A stretch of DNA of 64,000 nucleotides. Origin: Hyaloraphidium curvatum SAG 235-1 (Eukaryota; Fungi; Monoblepharomycota). Made by a program: the position numbers and the translations under genes. The notes beneath the pieces are model-generated. The model was given only the letters and a program-made list of their open reading frames with translations, did no database searches and was not told where the DNA came from. Positions 30,859 through 44,374 of the stretch are shown piece by piece; the stretch's first letter is position 1; each line of letters begins with the position of its first letter. The stretch is from NCBI GenBank assembly GCA_025558095.1, contig JAIVFI010000017.1, positions 62,001 to 126,000 on the forward strand, in the 5' to 3' direction.

Positions 30859-31395
30859 GGCGCCGAAGAGGGGGTCGGACGAGGGAGGGTCGCGCGATTC
30901 CGGGAGCGGCGGAAGAGGCCGGCTCGTGTCGTCCTCGACGAGCTGCTCAGTGTCCGAGTCCAGAAGCTCGTCGAGCTCAACATCTCGGTCCGCCGCGCCC
31001 GACATCGTCCATCTCTCTGTGTCCTCAGCGGCGCTGCGCCGGGGGGAACCCATCACCAACGACACAAAGCCTCGAAAGCTCTTTCTTCTTGAAGCTCCAC
31101 GTTCTCCTTACAGAAAGAAGCTACTCGCAGTTCGGCTCCGCACTTCCCCAAATCGAGTTCGGGAGCGGATCGCGAGAGAGGTGCAGAATGCTCGACGAAG
31201 ATGCGCACCGCGGCTCCACAACCGACGGCGATATCCGCCACATCGGTCGTGCCCGAAGGAACCCCATCCCGCAGAATGTCGCGCTAGACGGAGCGGGTCG
31301 AGATGCCTTCCGCGTTTGCGAGCGCCCCGAGGGAAGAAGGACTGGTCGTCCTGACGACCCTTTCCGTGTCGTCTCCAAAGCTATCCTGTGACGTA

Positions 31396-32039
31396 TCACG
31401 GTACTGCAGAGCTGTTCTTCGGCACCGATCCCGCAAACAAGAAGCTGTTGCTCGTCCCGACCTTGAGCGAGAAGTTGATGAGCGTGGCGAAGAAGAGTGT
31501 GGCGACCATGACCCCCGGCCCGACAATGTCCTGGTAAGGACCGGGCTGCATTGTCCGGATCAACGTTCCCCGCACGAGGAACTTGTACAGCGAGTAGATG
31601 AGGGAGAGGATCGCTATGGTGGTGAAGAGGAGGCCTGGGCACGTCCGTGAGCTCCCAGTCCAAAAGCGGGACCGCTGCACGTCAATCGCACCTGAGATCT
31701 GAGCGATTCCATCTCCGAAGTTGACCAGGGCAAGCGAGAAGGCTCCCAAAGTGATTCCCTGGGAGAGAAACGCGTCGTTCGCATCGTCGCCCCGCCCGCC
31801 TCTCGTCGAGGACCCACAAAGTGAACCCAGGCTAGAAACGTCCTCTCGTTGGCGAAGAACACCTTCGGCTCCACTTTGATCTTGCCCGGTCCGGGATCTG
31901 GCTGCCAGGGCCACCATTCCGGGGGTGGTTCTGGTCGTGGCCACCAGAGGACCGCGAACGGGTGCTGGTCCTGCTCCGGGCGCGTCCTGGCCGCTCCTTC
32001 GCCCAGAAGCGGACGTCTTTCATCGTCATCGGAGCTCAT
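31396..32039 (-). CDS. Second Vtc1-like DUF202 membrane protein
   Basis: KIKVEPKVFFANERTFLAWVHF; LVNFGDGIAQISG; GPYQDIVGP. Confidence 0.88.
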
Positions 32040-32337
32040 TTGGGGAGCGACCGACGGGATGTCTGTTGCTGGTGCGCCGGCAACGACGTCTCGAAGGACG
32101 ATCCGCCAGAGCAGCCCCGAAGCAGAGACCTTTCTGTCACCATACGAACCTTCTTGCAATGGATACAAATTGCCTAGCAAGCCTACGTGATCCTCAAACT
32201 CCTACTCTCGCCATCCGTAGGGGTTCAACGCACTCCCCAACCGGGCTTGACTAGAACAATCCGTCACACGGGGTTTTTGTGAACGCAGAAGACGTGAACA
32301 TCATCTGTATTCTAAAGAGGCAAAATGCCACATCGTC

Positions 32338-33184
32338 TCACATCTTTGAGTATCGATCCGTCACCTTCTGCTGCACGGCCTCGCGCATCTTCTTGATGGC
32401 GTCCCCGGGATCCTTCTCGCCAAAGATCCCCGTCCCGCTGACGATGACGTTGGCTCCGGCCTCGGCGGCCTCCTGAACCGTCTCGACCGTCACGCCGCCG
32501 TCCACCTCAATGTCCAGGTCGGGGAACTTTTCCCGCAGCTCCCTGATCTTGGAGAGCTGCGAGGCCATGAAAGGTTGCCCTCCGAACCCAGGCTCGACCG
32601 TCATCACGAGCACCATGTCCACCAAAGGGACGTAGGGAAGGATGGCGGAGAGCGGCGTGCCGGGCTTGAGCACGAGGGCGGGTGAGAGGTTGTGCGAGCG
32701 GATGAGGGCGATGAGCGAAGTCGGATCGGCTTTCGGGCGTTCGGGGTCAAGCATGAGCACAAGAAGAACTCGAAACGTCAGTGGCGCCACAACTTACGAG
32801 CCGTTTCGATATGGACGGTGACTCCGCTCGCCCCTGCCTTGGCGAAATCGGCAATCCATTTCTCCGGGTTCTCTATCATCAGATGGCAGTCGAGAAACGC
32901 GTCGGGCAGGTGCTTCCTCAGAGCCTTGACGATCGGAGGTCCCAAAGTGAGGTTCGGAACAAAGTGCCTGGGCCGGAAGAATGGTTCAGTCGCGTGCAGG
33001 AAGACCGGTGGAGTGTCCCCCACCCGTCCATGACATCCATGTGGAGATAGTCGGCTCCGAGGTTGAGCATCCTCTTCCCCTCGTTCGCAAGGTCGGCAAA
33101 GTCCGAGGAGAGCATGGACGGGGCAATCTTGGGCTTAGGAACCCCCCGGCGGAGCGCGGACGTAGCACTCGACGCAGCCGCCAT
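32338..33184 (-). CDS. RPE1: Ribulose-phosphate 3-epimerase
   Basis: [11 protein letters not shown]; [17 protein letters not shown]; DCHLMI; [12 protein letters not shown]; IEVDGG. Confidence 0.96.
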
Positions 33185-33350
33185 CGCGAGCCTGAGTACG
33201 GGCTTTGCGACGACGAAGCCAATCTGTCGACAGCGACCGATGTCGCACCGCAAACTGCCAACCAGCGGGCTCGCCAGCTGCCAGGATGTAGTTGAAGCGA
33301 AGATCGAGGACCCGTCTCAGACCGGCCTGCTCGCGTCTGCCCGGGTTTCG

Positions 33351-34289
33351 ATGATCCGGAAGAAGCTTCGTCTGCTGCGGAAGGCCTCCTTTACTGTGTC
33401 CGACGATGTTGTCTCTCGACCGCTTGAGCTCTCTGGCGAACCGCGGTCGCTGAAGCTGGAGGCACGCCCGAACTCTGGACCCTCTAGTCCCCCCCTCTTG
33501 AGACCAAAGGAACAGCAAAAAAGAGCTAAAGGAGGCAAACGGAGACCGAAATCGGACTCGAAATCGTCGGAAGCGCCGAAAGTGGCCCAGCATGCCGCAC
33601 GGATTTCTGCGTTCCACGCGTTGGAAAAGAGGATAGCTGCTTCTACGGATCCCTCAGTGATTGCCGCTCTTCGTGCCGAACAGGAGCTCCTCGGTGGCAT
33701 CGAGGGCTACCAGAAAGCGAGCCTTACTGGCGGCGACAAGCAGAGGGGCGGTGAGACGGGGAAATGGTTCGCCAAAACCTGGATGGGCCTCTACGGCAAG
33801 GAAAAGATAACCCTGCTCGATGTCGGAGCGATACATGGAACGACATACTCCAAGTATCCTTGGATCGAAGCTACATCGATCGACCTCAACCCCCTTGGCC
33901 CCACCGTCGTTCGCGCCAACTTCTTCACCTTCCCGCCGCCGCCAGCGACCCAGCGATTCGATGTTGTCTGTCTTTCGCTGGTTTTGAACTTTGTCGGCTC
34001 GTTGCCGCAACGGGCCGAGATGCTTCGGCGGACGCATTCTTTCTTGAAGCCCGAAGGACATCTCTTCGTCGTCTTGCCCTTGGCGTGCCTCGCAAACTCG
34101 AGGTACATGGATCACGACCGCTTCCGCGCGATCCTCCGGACTCTGGGCTTCGAAGAAGTCGCCCAGCACGACTCGAGCAGACTAACGCATTGGCTGCTGA
34201 AGCGCTGTAAAGGTGATTCGCGGAAGTGGAAGAGGGAAGAGATCCGCGGCGGCGTTAAGCGAAACAACTTCGTTATCGTCGTGAAGTGA
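33351..34289 (+). CDS. BMT2: 25S rRNA adenine-N1 methyltransferase Bmt2-like
   Basis: LGGIEGYQKASLTG...RGGETGKW; LLDVGA; IDLN; LSLVLNFV; LPLACLANSRY; NNFVIVV. Confidence 0.88.
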   Translation: MIRKKLRLLRKASFTVSDDVVSRPLELSGEPRSLKLEARPNSGPSSPPLLRPKEQQKRAKGGKRRPKSDSKSSEAPKVAQHAARISAFHALEKRIAASTDPSVIAALRAEQELLGGIEGYQKASLTGGDKQRGGETGKWFAKTWMGLYGKEKITLLDVGAIHGTTYSKYPWIEATSIDLNPLGPTVVRANFFTFPPPPATQRFDVVCLSLVLNFVGSLPQRAEMLRRTHSFLKPEGHLFVVLPLACLANSRYMDHDRFRAILRTLGFEEVAQHDSSRLTHWLLKRCKGDSRKWKREEIRGGVKRNNFVIVVK

Positions 34290-34555
34290 GGACAGCAGCC
34301 GACTAAGATGTTGGACCGTCTGACGCGATGAAGCTCGTTTCTGCTTTGAATGAATCTGTTTGTCCCCCTCCGTGTGCGGCTTTGGTCAAACACCCACGGC
34401 CGGCGGGGCTGGGGCGGGACCAAACATTGCGCGGCGAAGCACGCACCCGAATCCCGCACTCCTCGAAGCATCCGCCGTCGCCGCTGCCGCGACAGAACAT
34501 TCGATTCTTCCAAACGCGAATTCGGCGTCCTCCGTGCCTCGTACTCGCTGCTGCC

Positions 34556-35348
34556 ATGGCTGTCCGGGCCGCGCTTGCGGCGACAGCCGCGGCCATGCTG
34601 CTTGCCCCGGTCGTCACGGCCATGCCGTTCACCTTCGAGCCGATTTCGGACACCGTGTGGATCAAAGGCAACACCGAGACCATCAAGTGGCGCAACGAGC
34701 TCGCCAAGGGGGTCGGCGTCGAGACCATCGACATTGAGCTCGGCACCGGGGGCAGCAACAGGGTAAGAGGACCTCCATCGCGGTTACTGGCACCTGGCAT
34801 ACTCATCATGCTTCTCCCAGGTGACCATTCTGGAGACCATCGTCAGGGGGCTCCCGTACCCGAACACGACCGAGTACATTTGGACCATCCCGAACGCAAC
34901 CAAGTACAGGCAGGAAGGCCAGGTTTTCTGCCTCCACTACGTCGGCCGCGGAAAGAACCTGACTGAAGGAGGGGCAGAGGCTCCGAAGGACGTGAGTTGC
35001 GAGCGAGGAAGCTGGTGTCTCCGGATACAAAGTGATTGACTGTTGTTTCCCGCATGGGTTGCCTCGCTGCAGGCCTGGAGCACCTGGTTCTCTCTCGTCA
35101 ACAACGAGGAGACCTACTCGCGGTTCCTCAACCTCGGCGGCTCCGCTACCGCAGCCCCCACCACCAGCACGCGCGCTTCCGCTGCGGCAACGACCACGCT
35201 GAGCGCGCCGGCAGCCACTAGTTCGGCCACCACGACGACCACCGAGAGGCCGAACGTTCCCAGCGGGGCTAGCGGAACCGGCCCTGCCTTGGTGCTGGCC
35301 ACCATCTTTGCCACTTTGATCTCCGTGATCAGTGCAGGTCTGCTTTGA
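34556..35348 (+). CDS. Secreted Ser/Thr-rich GPI-anchored cell-surface protein (Kre9/Knh1 N-terminal-like Ig fold), two introns
   Basis: Signal peptide; W..G....IKW...IDIELGTG; YIWTIP; WSTWFSL; Thr-rich stalk; hydrophobic tail. Confidence 0.7.
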
Positions 35349-35699
35349 TCGGACTCTTTCGCGCACGTTGAGCTGCAAACCCAGGCATCTTTGCCATCCA
35401 AAATTGGCGGGCTGGAACCCGCCTTCGTGGACCGACGCGGCCGTTTGATCGGAACACTCGCATTGGGCTTGATCTGGATGTAGAAGGATGCAATACATTG
35501 AAGGACCCGAGGAACGACTGCCCTCCCGGGCATGCTTGCTGGCTACTCCGTTCGAGGTTGATTGCTTTCTCGCGACCCGATCATGTAGGGACGAAGGTCG
35601 GCAAGGTGCGTGATCGTTGCATTGAGGCCGGGGATCGATTATGCAGCGGCGGAGCGGCGCGGACTCTGCGTCAACCGTCGATCAAGGCGGCGGAGCAAC

Positions 35700-38275
35700 A
35701 TGGCCAAACTCGCCCTGAAGCTCTCGACGGTGGTTCGGATCGGGGCGGCCCTGCTTGCGGTGGCAGCTGTGGCTGCACTGAAGATTCTCGCCGGGCAGGA
35801 CTGGTCGCCGGCCGCCGTGGACACCCCTCCACCGGCGTCCGAACTGAACGTGCGGTCGGAGCCCGCGGCGTCTCCAAAGCCGGACAACTCGTCCAGCGAG
35901 CACCGCGCGCCGCTAAAGGTGGAATGGGTGGCCATGCCGGACGACGAGGAGGCCGACGAAGGGCCGGAGAAGGGCGAAGGGACAGCGGAGCGTGCGGCAC
36001 CCGCGGACGCGCAGAAAGCCAGCCCCGCTGTGACGGATTTGCCCGGCGGATCCGACGGATCTGGAGCTGCAAGCGAGCCACCACCGCCCGATTCGGGTTC
36101 CCAGGGCCCGGAAGCGGAGACCCAGCCGGAGGAAGCCTGTCGGTATCCGAACCTCGCGCTGGTCGTCAAGAGCTCTCGGGACACCGTTCTCTCTCGGATA
36201 CCACTCGCGCAGGCTACCTGGCTGGGCTCCTCGCTCTGTTCTGTCATCGTGGCGATGGGTTCGCTGGGATCCCTCGCCCCGGCTGGCCGAAGGGAGACCC
36301 GCGTCGGTCGGCTGCGGGTCGTTGACGTCGTGACCGACGTCTACGTTCCTCCGGACCCCGGCCTTCCGAAATCGCAGAGGAAAGGAGCTGTTGGAAGCCG
36401 TTTCGAAGTCAAGCATGGTTATCGACTGGAGATGAAAGTGCAGGACTCGAGCTGGAAACGCCTGCGGCCAGTTGGCGCCGGTCGGGCCACAGCGAAAGGA
36501 CCGACCGCTGTCGTTGCGGAGAACGCGAGTATGCGAAGCAACGCCACCGAGGATGGAAATGGCATAGGAGCGATGGCGAAAGCTGCTGTTTCCGGAGGCC
36601 TGGGCGAGCAGCAAGGGCTCGCCAGCTCGACGACCGCGCCTGCAAATGGATCTGCGCAGTCTCCAAGGGGCGCATTTGACTCCGGGACGGTTTCCTCCCC
36701 ATCGCATGTAGCCGTCAACCTTGCCGAGGGCAGTCTACCAGACCGTCCTCCGACTGCTAAAGGGGCGAACGGTACCTACTCGGACACCGATCGCAGTACA
36801 GTTTCGGAGCCGTCTCCGGCCCCGGAGCTCGCTGGAAAGCGGACGCGTCGGCTCCACAAAAGACAGGGAGGCGAATCGCCCATCGATGCTCCGAAACGCG
36901 CTTCGAACAGCTCCAAAGCTGTTGGCGGAAGCGCACTCTCTCCAACTCGCACAAACAGCGAACGAGACGGAGCTGACAGGAACTTAGATGCCGATACGCA
37001 CATCCCTGCATTCGTGGAAGCATGGAACTTGTGGCCGGATGCAGACTGGTGTAGGTCGCTTGCGAATCCTCGCTCCGCTGGCTAAGGGCCTTTGCTCCAG
37101 ACGTCATGGTCGACGATGCCGCCTACGTGCACCTCCCTACGCTTTCTTCTCGACTGCTCACGTCGCAGCTCGATCCCGAAGCAGCTCACTTCTTCGGCAG
37201 TATTGGAAACTTTACCGGCTGCTCCCACGAGCTCGGCGGGAAAGTCGTGGACTTCGGCGCATATGCCCGGGGTGACGCGGGCATCATCCTTTCGCGCGGC
37301 GCAGTAAAGCGGATGGTGGTGAACGCGGACACGTGCATGAAGGAACTAGCGAATTGCTTGGCCGGGGACGTGCGGACGTCGATCTGTCTCGCAATGAGCG
37401 GCGTGAACCCGCAGGAGTTGACCGGACTGGGCGTTGGAAGTCTCGGAGCTGGACAGCCGAAGCTAAAGTGGCCAGCCAGCAGTCCATGGTATGGTGCCGC
37501 ACAATTTCGCCCCGCGGTGGCTGACCCATCTCTTTTCAGCGATCCCGTGATTGCGGTTCGGAACGTCAGCGAAGCCGGCGTCCGCCAATTACAGGCCGTA
37601 TCCGATTCGCTGCCGCCCGGACTGGAGCTTCCTTTTGCCGGCATTTTCGACATTCTTTCGGATCCTCCAGCAAAGGACCTGGTGGCGAAGGAGGAAGGCA
37701 CCCTCCGGATGGGAGCAGTGCGCTGGGCCTCGGAAGTGGGCCACGTTTCCGTCAAGGCGGATGGGGAGCCAAAGGCGCTCAAGTTCAGCAGCGGCGGGAC
37801 CGGGACGGTGCCGGCAACGAACGTCTTGAAGGATCCAAAGTGGATCGGCGCCAGGGCCGCCTTGGCCTGCCACGCCGCATGCGTTGCGGAGGCGCGGTGC
37901 GTTTCGTGGACGCTGGCCGCAGGCAACGGCCCCCGGAACTGCTCGCTGCTTTCCGGGATTCCGCCGCCGGTGGGTCCAGGAGGCGTCCCATCGGAGGCGC
38001 CGGCACGGTGGGAGTTTTCGGCCGCGGAGTCGAAGGAGAACGAGCGCCTGAAAAAGGCCTGGAGCAAGGACGGCTGGCCGTGGACCGGCGCCATCGACGG
38101 AGCCATGGCGAGGTGGAAGGACAACGGCTCCAAGTGCCCGCGCGCCGATGCATATCCGGCAGTTGTGGCCAACGGGCGCCCTGTGGCAACGGCAGACGAC
38201 GACTTTCTCGTTGCGCTCCAGGCTGCCGAGACGGCGCCCGAGGCCGAAGAAGAGGGGGCGTCGAAGGGTCAATAG
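35700..38275 (+). CDS. GT31/Fringe-like glycosyltransferase with long insertion and C-terminal PAN/apple-like Cys motif; intron 37051-37100
   Basis: N-terminal TM; LVVKSS...RIP...TWL; after splicing PDADWYVMVDDAAYV; YARGDAGIILSRGAV; GDVRTSICL; ACHAACVAEARCVSWT...C. Confidence 0.75.
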
Positions 38276-38436
38276 TGGATCTAGCTCTGCTTGTCACGGT
38301 TGACGTGTGAGTTGACGTCCATTACAACTGAATGCTATTGTTTGGCCGAGTGTGTCCGAGGGCGGAAAAAGCTTCGTGGCTTTCTCTCTACATCTGCTCC
38401 AGAAACGGGTTGTCAAATCCAAGTCATCACCGGTTG

Positions 38437-38790
38437 TCAAAGATGAGCCGCGCGCCTCCATAATCGCTGCTTGGCCGCGACGCAGTCATGTTCTAGTATC
38501 GGGAAAGCTCTCACTGCCTTGGTCTTCGCCCATTTTGCGCAAGATCGTGCCATCAACGTTCCGGCTGGAGGTGCACAGTCAAGGGACTTGTCCGAGTTAT
38601 GCCAAGAGCACAGAGGGATGATCGCCGCCGCTTTCCCTGGATGTAGATGTGGCCGCCACGATCCGCGTCTCGCGTGCACCCTTGAATCGCACACGGAACA
38701 CGTTTACCAGCATCGATGCCGACCGACTCCCTCCACCTGTTCAGCCAACCGTTTCCTTTGCGACTCCCTCGGACCGCGCGAGCGCCGCTG
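38437..38790 (-). pseudogene. Frameshifted small Cys/His (His-Me-finger/HNH-like) domain
   Basis: WLNRW..SVG...VPCAIQGC..DADRGGHIY in one frame continues as IIPLCSWHN in the -1 frame. Confidence 0.5.
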
Positions 38791-39278
38791 CGCTGCGCGA
38801 GCAGTACCTGCAAAACGTGGCGGAGAAAGGCGTCCGCTTATTGACTGTGGATGGCATGTTCCGCGTGTTCCTCCAAGCTCTGATACCGAGGGTGGGCGAG
38901 AAGTACGTTTGCATGGCGGGTGGCTGCATGCTTTCGTACGCGAGGTTCGCTCCTTTCCTTGGTGCTCTCGTCGGTGGATACGTGGACTACACGACTTGCA
39001 ACAGCACTGCACATACGTACAACTGGAAGATTCTCGACGGATCTTTTGAGGCGCTCCAGCGCTGATTGATTCTGAATGCATGCATCTCCGCTGTAGAATG
39101 CCACAAACCCGAACCTCTGGACCAAACCGTGTGCAATCGGAAGCGTCCACGTCTTCAACGAACCATCTATCGCAAGAGATTACATCAAAACGCCGTCCGG
39201 CCGCGGCCGGCGGCCTGCGCCTCCGCGCGACTGAGTGTTGTGGGGTATCGCGTGCCACGATCGGGCTTTTGGCCGAGC

Positions 39279-40792
39279 TCACCTGCGCAGACGGGGGGGC
39301 GTCAGCTCCACGGAACGGTGCGCCGGCGCAGGGGACCCACATGATGATAGCGGGCGCGTTCACGTCCGCCTTGACCTCCTTGTGCGGCAGCACCGCCCCC
39401 CCGATCACCAGCACCTCGTCCGACACGTGCACGTCGTCGCCCAGCACCGTGTGCTTGTCCAGCCGGGCCCACTGCCCGACGGTCGAGTGCCACCCGATGA
39501 TCGAGGTGGAGACCCAGCAGTGGTCCCGCAGGCGGGCGCCCTCGAGGACGACGGCCTTGGCGATGCGGACGCCGTCGCCGACGACGACGTTGGGGCCGAT
39601 CACGACGTCGGGGCCGATCTAAACGGCGAGGATCAGCGGGACGATCGGCGGCAAACGCCAGAGCGGCCCACCTTGCAGCCCTCGCCGATCTTGGCGGTGG
39701 GGTCGATCAGCACGTTACCCTGCACCCACGGCGCCTTTGCCAGCCTCGCGGGCTCCTTCTGCGACACGTGGTTGAGGTAGAGGCAGGTGCCGGCGATGAA
39801 GTCGCGCGGCTGGCCGACGTCCATCCAGAAGCCGGGGAGGTCCATGCAGTGCAGCTCCGAGTCGGCGGCCATGGCGGGGAAGATCTCCTTCTCGATGGAG
39901 GTGGGCTTGAGGGGGATGCGTTTCAGGATGGCGGGGTTGAAGATGTAGATGCCGGCCTGTTCCGCAAGCGAGGGACACTGTTAGGCCCCGATCGGCGGCG
40001 TCGGCGGCCCCGGACCCACGTTGATCTTGTTCCCCACAAACACCTGCGGCTTCTCCACGAACCGATCGATGGCCGAGGTGCCGGGCTTGGTCACCACGAC
40101 GCCGTACTTTGACGGCTCGTCGACCTTTGTCACGAGGATGGTGCCCTCCTTGCCGTGTGCGCGGTGGAAGTCGCTCAGCTCCCCGAACGGGAAATCGCAG
40201 ATGACGTCCGAGTTGAGGACGAAGAAGGGCTCGTCGTCCTTGCCCAGGACCTCGGCGGCGAGGGCGAGCGGGCCGGCGGTGCCCATGGGCTCGGACTCGA
40301 CCGAGAAGGTGATGCGCACGCCGAACTCCTCCTCGTACTTTTTCATGAAGTTGACCATGATCTCGGGACGGTAGTTGACGGCGAGGACGATGTCCTTGAC
40401 GCCGGCCTAAAGGAGGGGGGCGGTCCGATTAGGCTCGATCCAAGAAGAAGGCACCGGGGCGTCGGGGCGGTTCCCGGGAGGGAGCAGGCGTATGCAAAGA
40501 AAGCGGGAGAGAGCGCCAACGGCGGGAGAACCCGGCCGGAACGGCGTCCCGCCCCGGCCGCGAAGCTCAGTCCCGACACGTGATCCGCGCCACGCCCTCC
40601 CGCTCCCCTCCCGGGCTCCCCTGCGCCCCTCCGGCCCTCCCGACCGTGCCGCGAGGTACGCACCGCGACGAGTGCCTCGATCTGGTGCAGCACGATGGGC
40701 TTGTTTGCGAACTCCACCAGGGGCTTGGGGAGCGTGAGGGTGAGCGGCCGGAGCCGGGTGCCGAAGCCGCCGACGAGGACGAGGGCCTTCAT
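39279..40792 (-). CDS. PSA1: Mannose-1-phosphate guanylyltransferase (GDP-mannose pyrophosphorylase)
   Basis: [32 protein letters not shown]; [12 protein letters not shown]; [10 protein letters not shown]; [12 protein letters not shown]; GGAVLPHK. Confidence 0.97.
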
Positions 40793-41491
40793 TGCGGCTG
40801 CTGCGGGGTTGGGAGGGTGGTTGCGCGGGGTCGTGCGGCGGGATGCGGCGGCGGGGTGTGATCACGGTGGAGTTGTGGGCGGGCGGGGGTGTTGTGGGGT
40901 GTTCGGGCGACGTCACGCGGGGGGCGAAAAGGGCCGGCGGGAGCGGCGCATGCGGCGTGGGACGTCAGGGGCCGGCGGGCGCGGGTGGGAAGCGGCAGCA
41001 ACGCACGCTGTGTCGACGCTGCTGCCTCAGCAGTGAGTCGGGAGGGGCGCCGCGCGGGGTCGGGCGGGAGAGGGGAGGAGCGGGCCGGGGGAGGCGGGCC
41101 GGATTCGCGGATGTGTCGCACACCGGGTGCGGTGGCGGTCGCTGGGGGTCTTCTTCAATGACTGGCGTTGGGGTCCACGAAAGGGAAGAGTTGAGTTGCG
41201 GGCTGAGCTCCGCGGTATCAACGCACGCTAAGCTTTTGGCGTCCCTAGCCGAAACTCGTTAGCCCGTCGGAACAAAGGCCCGCGATCGTCTCGGGCCCGG
41301 GGGACTTCACCACCCTGAGGCCGACCCGCCGCATCCCGACCGCTGCGCCGCGCCGTGGTGCGAGCGCGCCCCTGCCGCCCTCCGCGAGCCATCGCCGCGC
41401 GCGCACCCCGCGGCCCTTGTTGGTTGTGCCCGCCGGTGCTGCGTAAACAATGTTCCGCGGACCGCCCGCGCCGCGCAGAGGCGCCGCCGCC

Positions 41492-42480
41492 ATGGCCGGG
41501 CCGCGCGGCGCTCTCGCGGGTGCCCGCAGCCCGCATGCCGCGGCGGCCGGGCCCGCGCCGTCGCGCCCGCCGCACCCCGCGGCGGAACCGGACCCGCCCG
41601 CGCGGCACTGGACCGCCGCATCCCCCCGCGCCGCACAACCGCCGCGCGCACGGAGACCGCGCGGGTTGCGCGCATCGCCGGCACTCCTCCCGCTGCTGCT
41701 CGCCGCCGCGCTCCTGCTGCTCGTCGCCCACACCGCCCGCGCGGCACCCGCCGCGGCAAAACCCCTGGCCGAGCAGATGCCCGCAAAGGGCGACTCCCGC
41801 GCATCCCCCGCTCCCGCCAGCCCGCACTCGCCGCCGGGCTTCGCGCCCGCGTGTCCGCGCTGCCCCTCGGGCCTCTGCGCGCCAGGCACCACTGAGGTGG
41901 GACAGGGTCCCCCCGCCACCGGCCCCGCACATCGCCGCCCGATCCTGACCCCGCGAACCCGCAGTGCCTCCCCGTGGACGACGGCGGCAGGTGCTCCGCT
42001 GCTGCGGACTGCCGCTCGGGAATCTGCGGCGCAGACGGGGCGTGCCTCCCGCGCACGTCGCCCGCACCGGCCGCAGCTTCTTCACCGGTGGGCCGTCCCG
42101 GGACCGTCACCCCCTCCCCACAGCACCCTGACACGCATGAAACACCGCAGGCGCAGCGGCAGCCCAAGTCCTTCGGCACGCACCTCCTCGAGGCCGTCGA
42201 GGTCCTCCTCTTCACCTTCCTCTCCCTCGGCCTCCTCGTCAACATCCTCCTCCACACCGGTAGCTATACCCGCCCTCATGCCGCCAATCCATCGTCGCTG
42301 ACCGCACAACCCCCAGTCGGCGTCCTCATCTTCGTCGCCAACTTCCTCGTCCCGACCTCGCTCCCCCCTCTCCCCACCCTCTCCCTGTCGGGGTTCAAGG
42401 GCCGCCTTGCCGCGGGCCTCGCGGCGATGGGGCGGCTGGCGAGCAGGGACAGGCAGCGCGAGGCGGGGTACGATTGCTAG
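41492..42480 (+). CDS. Uncharacterised Cys-rich membrane protein (multi-exon)
   Basis: Hydrophobic signal segment; CPRCPSGLC and C...GGRCSAAADCRSGICG..GAC; C-terminal hydrophobic helices. Start uncertain. Confidence 0.5.
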
Positions 42481-42763
42481 CCCGGGCCTGCCGTCGCCGG
42501 GGGGGATTGGCCGGGATCGGGCTCGGGCGGGCGGCGCTGCCGATGTAGGCGGCGCAGCGCTGCCCCCCGGGGATCCCGTGGAGGGGGACGGTGTGCGAGC
42601 GATGCGATGAATTCTATGTTGCCGGTGCGAGAGAAACAAATGCGCGGCCCGGAATGGTCCGGGCCGCCTCGGCGGCTTTTTCCCCGCCCCCCCTGGGCGC
42701 CCACGCCAAAGTCAAAACTGCGGGCGTGCTCCCCGCACGATGGTCCGACGGCCCACCCCCTCC

Positions 42764-44175
<1,412 letters not shown>

Positions 44176-44374
44176 AGTTTTTCGTTGCGGCAGGGTGGAG
44201 GAACAGCACGGGCGTGATCGATCATGAGCTCACCAGAATCATGGACTGAAATTACGAGGCTAGAATCTCGCAAGGCCTTGAAAATCGAGCGCTAAGGACT
44301 CCGAGCCTGAACAGCGTCGCGCAAACATTCGGGGAAGTCTGAAGACTCGTTGCCCTCGCCGGCCCCAGCACCCC

